From: an uncultured Christensenellaceae bacterium | GTDB lineage: Bacteria; Bacillota; Clostridia; Christensenellales; UBA3700 | DNA length: 64,000 nucleotides | Direction: 5' to 3' | NCBI GenBank assembly: GCA_944383905.1 | Contig: CALWRI010000003.1 | Coordinates: 48,845-112,844, forward strand | Shown: one piece after another, positions 58,106 through 64,000 of the stretch | Numbering within the stretch: position 1 is the stretch's first letter | Layout of the letters: the number at the start of each line of letters is the position of its first letter | Program-made: the position numbers and the translations under genes | Notes under the pieces: generated by a model | Databases searched by the model: none | Seen by the model: the letters and a program-made list of their open reading frames with translations, nothing else | Told to the model about the DNA's origin: nothing

Positions 58106-58732
58106 ATGGAAAACAATAAAGTACAAAAAGGTCAGCTCATAGTCGTTTCCGGTCCTTCGGGCGCGGGAAAAGGCACCGTGCTCGCGCGCGCTTTCGGCAA
58201 ATATCCCAATCTGCGCTATTCGGTTTCGGTGACGACGAGAGCGCCGAGAGAAAAGGAAGTGGACGGCGTCGATTATTATTTCAAAAACATCGACGAGTAC
58301 ATGAAGATGCTGCATGACAACGAATTTCTCGAGCATCAATGCGTGTACGGCAACTATTACGGCACGCCGAGGAAGAAGGTCGAAGAGGCGCTCGAAAAGG
58401 GCTTTGACGTCGTGCTCGAGATAGACGTCAAAGGCGCGCTCGAGATAAAGAGCAAATTCAGCGAGGCGGTCATGATCTTCGTGACGCCGGGCAGCAGAGC
58501 CACCATCGAGGAGAGGCTCAAAAAGCGCTCCACCGAAAAAGAGGAAGAACTGATGGTGCGCATGGGTTCTGCGATAGAGGAGCTCAAACAGGCGGAGAAG
58601 TACGACTATATCGTCGTCAACGAAGACGCCGAAAAGTGCGCCGAAGACATCGGCGCGATAATCCGTGCCGAAAAGTGCAGCGCGGCAAAAAACAAGGTAT
58701 TTCTTAACAAACTTATCTACGGAGGTAATTGA
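58106..58732 (+). CDS. gmk: Guanylate kinase
   Basis: P-loop SGPSGAGKGT. I prefer ATG 58106 (GAGGA 9 nt upstream) to the ORF-track TTG at 58097. Confidence 0.92.
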   Translation: MENNKVQKGQLIVVSGPSGAGKGTVLARAFGKYPNLRYSVSVTTRAPREKEVDGVDYYFKNIDEYMKMLHDNEFLEHQCVYGNYYGTPRKKVEEALEKGFDVVLEIDVKGALEIKSKFSEAVMIFVTPGSRATIEERLKKRSTEKEEELMVRMGSAIEELKQAEKYDYIVVNEDAEKCAEDIGAIIRAEKCSAAKNKVFLNKLIYGGN

Positions 58733-58735
58733 TAT

Positions 58736-58936
58736 ATGATGATCGATCCACCCATCGACAAACTCATTAAAAAAGCGGAGTGCAGATACGCCCTCGTATG
58801 CGGCGTCGCGAAGAGAGCGCGTCAGCTCGACACGCAGTATCCCGACCTGCTCGAAGAGGCGGGCATGAAATCTTTGAGCTATGCGGCTAAAGAGGTCTAC
58901 GAAGGCAAAATAGTTATCAAGAGAGACAATCAGTAA
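58736..58936 (+). CDS. rpoZ: DNA-directed RNA polymerase subunit omega
   Basis: 66 aa with ...RYALVCGVAKRARQL... It sits in the conserved gmk-rpoZ position. Confidence 0.88.
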   Translation: MMIDPPIDKLIKKAECRYALVCGVAKRARQLDTQYPDLLEEAGMKSLSYAAKEVYEGKIVIKRDNQ

Positions 58937-60120
58937 TGCTTGAAAGTAAAAACGTATTGGTGGCGGTGACGGGCGGAATTGCCTGTTACAAGGTGTGCGG
59001 ACTCGTATCCGCACTGAAAAAGGCGGGCGCTTGCGTAAACGTCGTTATGACCGCGCACGCCTGCGAATTCGTCGCGCCGCTTACGTTTGAAACTCTTTCG
59101 GGCAATCCCGTCGCGTGCGATATGTTCGCGCCCAAAGAGCATTGGGAAGTGGAGCACGTTTCGCTTGCGAAAAAGGCGGATCTCGTCGTAATTGCTCCCG
59201 CGACCGCAAACGCGATAGACAAGCTCGCCGCAGGAATAGCGGACGATATGCTCACCACGACGCTGCTCGCGACAAAGGCGAAAGTGCTCGTGTGTCCCGC
59301 GATGAATACCGCCATGTACGAAAGCGAGGCGGTCACGCAGGGGATAAAGACGCTCAAAGCGCGCGGTTACGAATTTTTCGAGCCGGGTACGGGGCTTCTC
59401 GCCTGCGGCGACGTCGGCAAGGGCAGAATGGCGGAGCCGGAAGAGATATACGCCCGCGTTCTCGACATACTCATGCCCAAGCGCGATTTCGTCGGCAAGA
59501 CCGTTCTGGTCACGGCGGGCGCAACCCGCGAAGACATTGACGGAGTGCGTTTCATCTCCAATTACAGCAGCGGCAAAATGGGCGTCGAGATAGCCAAGGC
59601 GGTCAAGAACAGAGGCGGCAAAGTCATCCTCGTCGCAGGTTTCGTGACCGCAAAGATACCGGCATATATCGACGAAGTGATAAGCGTCGCGAGCACGCGC
59701 GATATGTACGACGCCGTTCTCGGCAACCTCGATAAATGCGACTTTGTCATAAAGGCGGCGGCTCCCGCGGATTACAGGGTCGAAAATGTCGCGGACGACA
59801 AGATCAAGGACAGCTCCGTCACGCTCAGGCTCGTCAAGAACCCCGACATAGCCAAGGCTGTCGGAGAGACGAAGGGCAACAGAAAGCTCGTCGTGTTCTG
59901 CGCGGAAAAGAAGGAGCTTATCCGACGCGCGAAAGCCAAACTCGAATCCAAAAACGCGGATATGGTTGTCGCCAACGACGTTACGAAAGAAGGGGCGGGT
60001 TTTGACGTGGACACCAATATCGCCACGATAATTCTCAAGGACGGCAGGACGAGGGAGTGCGAATTGATGATCAAAGCGTGCCTTGCCGAAATAATTCTGG
60101 ACGAACTGATTGCTTTATGA
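58936..60120 (+). CDS. coaBC: Bifunctional phosphopantothenoylcysteine decarboxylase / phosphopantothenate-cysteine ligase
   Basis: N-terminal flavoprotein domain (VAVTGGIACYK..., PAMN) plus the C-terminal CoaB domain (...ISNYSSGKMG...). Confidence 0.93.
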   Translation: MLESKNVLVAVTGGIACYKVCGLVSALKKAGACVNVVMTAHACEFVAPLTFETLSGNPVACDMFAPKEHWEVEHVSLAKKADLVVIAPATANAIDKLAAGIADDMLTTTLLATKAKVLVCPAMNTAMYESEAVTQGIKTLKARGYEFFEPGTGLLACGDVGKGRMAEPEEIYARVLDILMPKRDFVGKTVLVTAGATREDIDGVRFISNYSSGKMGVEIAKAVKNRGGKVILVAGFVTAKIPAYIDEVISVASTRDMYDAVLGNLDKCDFVIKAAAPADYRVENVADDKIKDSSVTLRLVKNPDIAKAVGETKGNRKLVVFCAEKKELIRRAKAKLESKNADMVVANDVTKEGAGFDVDTNIATIILKDGRTRECELMIKACLAEIILDELIAL

Positions 60121-62318
60121 TCTGCAAAGTGATAGTCGACATAAGCAACGGCGAAGTCGACAGGATTTTCGATTACGTCGTTCCCGACGGTCTCTGCGTC
60201 GGCAAAGGCGACAGAGTTCTGGTTCCCTTCGGCAATAAAAAGTTGGAGGGATTTTGCATTGATACGGCGGATAAGAGCGATTATGACGAAACAAAGCTCC
60301 GACCCGTCCTTTCAAAACTCGACGAATTTGCGTGCATAAGCGAAGAAATGCTCGCGCTTATGCGTTTTATGAAAGAAAAATTCTACCTTCGCTATATCGA
60401 CTGCCTGCGGCTTTTCATACCCGGGCAGATGAGAGGCGGCAAGGTCAGAGAACTCAAAAGGATATATGTCAGACTGTCTTCTGATTTCAACGACGAGGCG
60501 GCGCAAAAGCTGATACCCGCCCGTGCGAAAAGACAGCTCGAGCTCGTCGCAAAGCTCAAGGAAGGCGGCGAGTACATGAGCGTGATCGCGGAGGAGTTCG
60601 GAGCTGCGACGGTCAACGCGCTCGTCGAAAAAGGTCTTGTCGAAAAGACGGATAAACCCGTATACCGAAAACCCTATCGCGGGCTCGGCGGAGACGCGGA
60701 CAAGGTCAGGCTCACGCAGTCGCAGCAGGACGCCGTGGACAGGATATTGAACGGGGACAAGACCGTCTCCCTGCTGTACGGCGTTACCGGCAGCGGCAAG
60801 ACCGAAGTGTATATGAACGCGATACAGCGCGTTCTCGACGAGGGGAAAACGGCGATAATGCTTGTGCCCGAAATATCCCTGACCCCGCAGATGCTGCGCA
60901 ATTTCAGAGCGAGGTTTTCAAGCGGCGTCGCAATGCTTCACAGCGGATTGAGCCAGGGGGAGAGATACGACGAATGGAAACGCCTTCTGACGGGCGAAGC
61001 GCGCATCGTCGTCGGCGCAAGAAGCGCGATATTCGCTCCGCTCAAAAACGTGGGGCTCATCGTGATCGACGAGGAGCACGACGCAAGTTATTTCAGCGAA
61101 TCCAATCCGCGCTACAACACCTGCGACATAGCAAGGTTCCGCGCGCAGTACAACGGCGGCAAACTCGTCCTCGGCAGCGCGACTCCGTCGATAGAGAGCT
61201 ATCTTCTCGCCAAAAAGGGAGAGTATTCTCTCGTCAGTCTTCCCGACAGGATAAGCAGGCACGGTATGCCGAAAATAGAGATCGTAAGCATGAGCGACGA
61301 GCTTATTTGCGGCAACAACGGGATATTTTCGAGAAGGCTCGAAGCCGAGCTCAAAAAGACGATACAAAACGGCAATCAGGCGATACTCTTTCTGAACAGA
61401 CGCGGGCACAGCTCTTTCGCGATGTGCAGAAAGTGCGGATATATAGCAAAATGCGAAGACTGCGACGTGACGTTGACCTACCACTCCGTGGACAATATGC
61501 TCAAATGTCACTATTGCGGCAAACGCTACAAGATGCTCACGCAGTGCCCGGAGTGCGGAAGCAAGGAGATCAGGTACGGCAAGGTCGGCACGCAGCGCGT
61601 CGTGGAGGAACTGCAAAAGATGTTCCCCGGCGTCGGAATACTGCGTATGGACAACGAGACGACGACAAAAAAATCGGCATATCTCGATATTCTCGGCGCG
61701 TTCAAGGCGAAGGAAGCGCAGATACTCGTCGGCACGCAGATGATAGCCAAGGGGCACGATTTTCCCGACGTTACGCTTGTCGGGATCCTCGACGCGGACA
61801 TGAGCCTCTATTTCAGCGATTACAGGAGCGCGGAGCGCACCTTCCAGCTCGTCACGCAGGTCGCGGGCAGAGCCGGCAGGAGCGAAAAGGAAGGACTCGT
61901 CGTATTGCAGACCTATTCGCCTTCTCATTACGTTTACAGGTTTGCGAAGAATTACGATTATCCCGGGTTTTTCCTCAAGGAAAACAACGCGAGAGAGGTC
62001 ACTGGGTTCCCTCCGTATTCGACGATTCTGCGCGTATTGATGACGGGAGAGGACGACGAGACGGTCAAAAACTGCGCGAAAAACATGTTTGTTGACATCA
62101 GGGCATACGAACTCGAGAACAAAAACGAATTTCTCTTCCTTCAGGCGATGCGTTCGCCTGTCGCGAGGATAGAGAGAAATTACCGTTATCAGATCCTCAT
62201 GAGGATAAAAAGAGAGTACGAAGAACAGGTGACGCGGGAAGTTTACCGCATCATCGACGAAAATAAAACGAGGGGAGTGAGCGTTTTCGCTCAAATCAAT
62301 CCCCAAAGCATGAGTTGA
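60117..62318 (+). CDS. priA: Primosomal replication restart helicase PriA
   Basis: Walker A GVTGSGKTEVY, DEEH, and a Cys-rich zinc module (CRKCGY..CEDCD...CHYCG...CPECGS). ATGA overlap with coaBC. Confidence 0.94.
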   Translation: MICKVIVDISNGEVDRIFDYVVPDGLCVGKGDRVLVPFGNKKLEGFCIDTADKSDYDETKLRPVLSKLDEFACISEEMLALMRFMKEKFYLRYIDCLRLFIPGQMRGGKVRELKRIYVRLSSDFNDEAAQKLIPARAKRQLELVAKLKEGGEYMSVIAEEFGAATVNALVEKGLVEKTDKPVYRKPYRGLGGDADKVRLTQSQQDAVDRILNGDKTVSLLYGVTGSGKTEVYMNAIQRVLDEGKTAIMLVPEISLTPQMLRNFRARFSSGVAMLHSGLSQGERYDEWKRLLTGEARIVVGARSAIFAPLKNVGLIVIDEEHDASYFSESNPRYNTCDIARFRAQYNGGKLVLGSATPSIESYLLAKKGEYSLVSLPDRISRHGMPKIEIVSMSDELICGNNGIFSRRLEAELKKTIQNGNQAILFLNRRGHSSFAMCRKCGYIAKCEDCDVTLTYHSVDNMLKCHYCGKRYKMLTQCPECGSKEIRYGKVGTQRVVEELQKMFPGVGILRMDNETTTKKSAYLDILGAFKAKEAQILVGTQMIAKGHDFPDVTLVGILDADMSLYFSDYRSAERTFQLVTQVAGRAGRSEKEGLVVLQTYSPSHYVYRFAKNYDYPGFFLKENNAREVTGFPPYSTILRVLMTGEDDETVKNCAKNMFVDIRAYELENKNEFLFLQAMRSPVARIERNYRYQILMRIKREYEEQVTREVYRIIDENKTRGVSVFAQINPQSMS

Positions 62319-62325
62319 GGTATTT

Positions 62326-62769
62326 ATGGCGCTTCGGGACATTGTAAAAGACGGCAATGCCGTATTGAGAAAAAAGAGCAGAGAGGTCACCGTTTTCGAC
62401 GAGAAACTCGGCAAACTTCTCGACGATATGCACGAGACCATGCTCGCGGCGGACGGTTGCGGGCTTGCGGGACCCCAGGTCGGGTTGCTCAAGCGCGTCG
62501 CGGTCGTGGAGACTGACGAAGGATATTTCGAATTCGTCAACCCCGTCATCCTTTCGCAGTCGGGCAGCCAGCAGGGACCGGAGGGATGCCTTAGCGTTCC
62601 CGGCAGAAGCGAGGAAGTCGTCAGACCGTATAAGATAACCGTTCTGTTTCAGGACAGGAAGGGCAACAAGCTCAAAGGCACGTTCGAGGGATTTCTCGCG
62701 CGCGCCTGCTGTCACGAATTCGATCATCTCGACGGCATTCTCTATTATGACAAGGCGGTGAAGAAATGA
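62326..62769 (+). CDS. def: Peptide deformylase
   Basis: GCGLAGPQVG, EGCLSVPG, and HEFDHLDG motifs. Confidence 0.95.
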   Translation: MALRDIVKDGNAVLRKKSREVTVFDEKLGKLLDDMHETMLAADGCGLAGPQVGLLKRVAVVETDEGYFEFVNPVILSQSGSQQGPEGCLSVPGRSEEVVRPYKITVLFQDRKGNKLKGTFEGFLARACCHEFDHLDGILYYDKAVKK

Positions 62770-63710
62770 AGGTGATCTTTATGGGCACGCCCGATTTCGC
62801 CGTGCCTTCGCTCGAAGCGATAGTCTCGGCGGGGCACGAAGTCGTCGGCGTAGTCACGCAGCCCGACAGAGCGAGAAACCGCGGCGTCGTTTCGTATTGT
62901 CCGGTCAAGAGCAAGGCGATCGAATTGGGACTCAAGGTGTTTCAGTACGAAAAGATCAGGCTTGAAGGCAAAGACGAGCTTCGCGCTCTCGGCGCGGACG
63001 TCATGGTGACCTGCGCATACGGGCAGATACTCGACGAGGAGCTGTTGTCTCTCGCTCCTTTCGGCGTGCTCAACGTCCACGCTTCGCTTTTGCCGAAGTA
63101 CAGAGGATCGTCTCCGATACAGTGGGCGGTTATAAACGGTGAGAAAGTCACGGGGATAACCGTGATGAAGACAGCGCTCGGCGTTGATACGGGCGACATA
63201 ATGCTTCAGAAAGAAGTCGCGATATTGCCGGACGAGACCGCAGGGGAACTGTTTGACAGACTTGCGGTAAAAGGCGGAGAGGCGATCGTCGAGGCGCTTG
63301 CGCTCGCAGAGAGCGGAAATGCGCGTTTTACGCCGCAGGACGAGTCGCAGGCGACCTGGTTTCCGATGTTTACGAAAGACAGCGGAAAAATCGATTTTTC
63401 AAAGTCTGCCGAAGAGCTCGTCAATTTCATCCGCGGTACAAATCCGTGGCCGTCGGCTTTTTGCAGGCTGGACGGAAAGCTGTTCAAAATATGGAAGGCG
63501 AGAAAGCTGGGCGCGGACGAACCTTCGACCCGCAGATATTATGCTGTCGGAGAGACGGCGACCTTTTTCGGAAAGCTGTGCGTCGCGTGCGGCAAAGGAG
63601 AATTTCTCGTTTTGCTCGAAGTACAGCTCGAGGGCGGCAAGCGCATGACCGCGGAAGAATTCATGCGCGGACACAACGATCTGAACGGAGTCATGCTCGC
63701 AAATGAGTGA
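62766..63710 (+). CDS. fmt: Methionyl-tRNA formyltransferase
   Basis: VIFMGTPDFAVPSL..., HASLLPKYRGSSPIQ. ATGA overlap with def. Confidence 0.95.
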   Translation: MKVIFMGTPDFAVPSLEAIVSAGHEVVGVVTQPDRARNRGVVSYCPVKSKAIELGLKVFQYEKIRLEGKDELRALGADVMVTCAYGQILDEELLSLAPFGVLNVHASLLPKYRGSSPIQWAVINGEKVTGITVMKTALGVDTGDIMLQKEVAILPDETAGELFDRLAVKGGEAIVEALALAESGNARFTPQDESQATWFPMFTKDSGKIDFSKSAEELVNFIRGTNPWPSAFCRLDGKLFKIWKARKLGADEPSTRRYYAVGETATFFGKLCVACGKGEFLVLLEVQLEGGKRMTAEEFMRGHNDLNGVMLANE

Positions 63711-64000
63711 TCTGAAGGTTTGTTACAACATATTGTCGCAGGTCTACAAGCAGCAGGCTTACGGGTCCATATCTCTGACGAGCAAGCTCGGCGAGGCGAA
63801 AAACCGCGACTTTGTCACGCGGCTCGTTTACGGCGTGCTCCGCAACGACGTCAAATACGATTATTACATAGCGCAGATGACCGCGAAGAAACCGCAGAAC
63901 AGCGCCGTTATACTTCTCAAGATAGGAATGTATTGCGTCGAAGGTATGGACAGCATGCCCGATTATGCGGCGGTCAACAACACAGTCGAGCTCGCCAAGG
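63703..64000 (+). CDS. rsmB: 16S rRNA (cytosine967-C5)-methyltransferase RsmB, N-terminal NusB-like part; 3' end lies outside the window
   Basis: ATG 63703 overlaps the fmt stop. The translation MSDLKVCYNILSQVYKQQAYGSISL...FVTRLVYGVLRN... is typical of the RsmB/Sun N-terminus, and the position is def-fmt-rsmB. Confidence 0.8.
   Translation, partial: MSDLKVCYNILSQVYKQQAYGSISLTSKLGEAKNRDFVTRLVYGVLRNDVKYDYYIAQMTAKKPQNSAVILLKIGMYCVEGMDSMPDYAAVNNTVELAK

Noticed and set aside
60918-62549. A 543-aa minus-strand ORF antisense to priA and def
   Set aside because: This is an antisense artefact. The translation is low in complexity and Arg-rich and has no start-site signals.

Overview
This window reads as core chromosome of an endospore-forming, Gram-positive (Bacillota/Clostridia-type) bacterium with moderately high GC. 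All product calls rest on motif recognition and synteny by eye; no BLAST or HMM search was possible.

I call 60 protein-coding genes, and 57 of them are on the + strand. Most fall into housekeeping blocks that are syntenic with Bacillus subtilis:
- lepA-hemW
- pepF-dnaB
- yqfC-yqfD-phoH-pgpH-ybeY-cdd-era-yqzL-recO
- ppdK
- dinB
- galU
- ctsR-mcsA-mcsB-clpC
- pstS-pstCA-pstB-phoU plus a response regulator and histidine kinase
- hpf
- hrcA-grpE-dnaK-dnaJ-prmA-rsmE-mtaB, then hit and rpsU
- pcrA-ligA
- yicC-gmk-rpoZ-coaBC-priA-def-fmt-rsmB

Several textbook operators are readable directly in the sequence:
- a BirA operator upstream of the biotin gene
- a CtsR box at ctsR
- a CIRCE element at hrcA
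- an SOS (Cheo) box at dinB
- a Pho-box pair at pstS

I found no rRNA, tRNA, CRISPR array, IS element or prophage signature, and no recognisable defence or toxin island. A self-contained novel multi-gene system is therefore not supported.

The less ordinary content is:
1. A single ORF fusing a BioY biotin-transporter S-component to radical-SAM biotin synthase BioB, under a BirA operator.
2. An AT-rich segment at about 5.0-7.4 kb carrying four monocistronic small envelope proteins, three of them paralogous lipoproteins of unknown family.
3. A recurring leaderless-gene architecture (consensus -10, then 6-7 nt, then ATG, with no Shine-Dalgarno sequence) at five or more genes, including a back-to-back divergent pair.
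4. A 1005-aa lipoprotein-signal, C-terminally anchored surface protein with an apparently catalytically dead M60-like module plus glycan-binding-type domains.
5. Several atypical variants of core proteins: an M28 peptidase with transmembrane helices inserted between its metal ligands, DnaB with an acidic tail, a short PgpH, a short RecO, and a fused PstC-PstA.
6. Two small genes below the ORF-track cutoff in addition to rpsU: a zinc-ribbon protein and yqzL.
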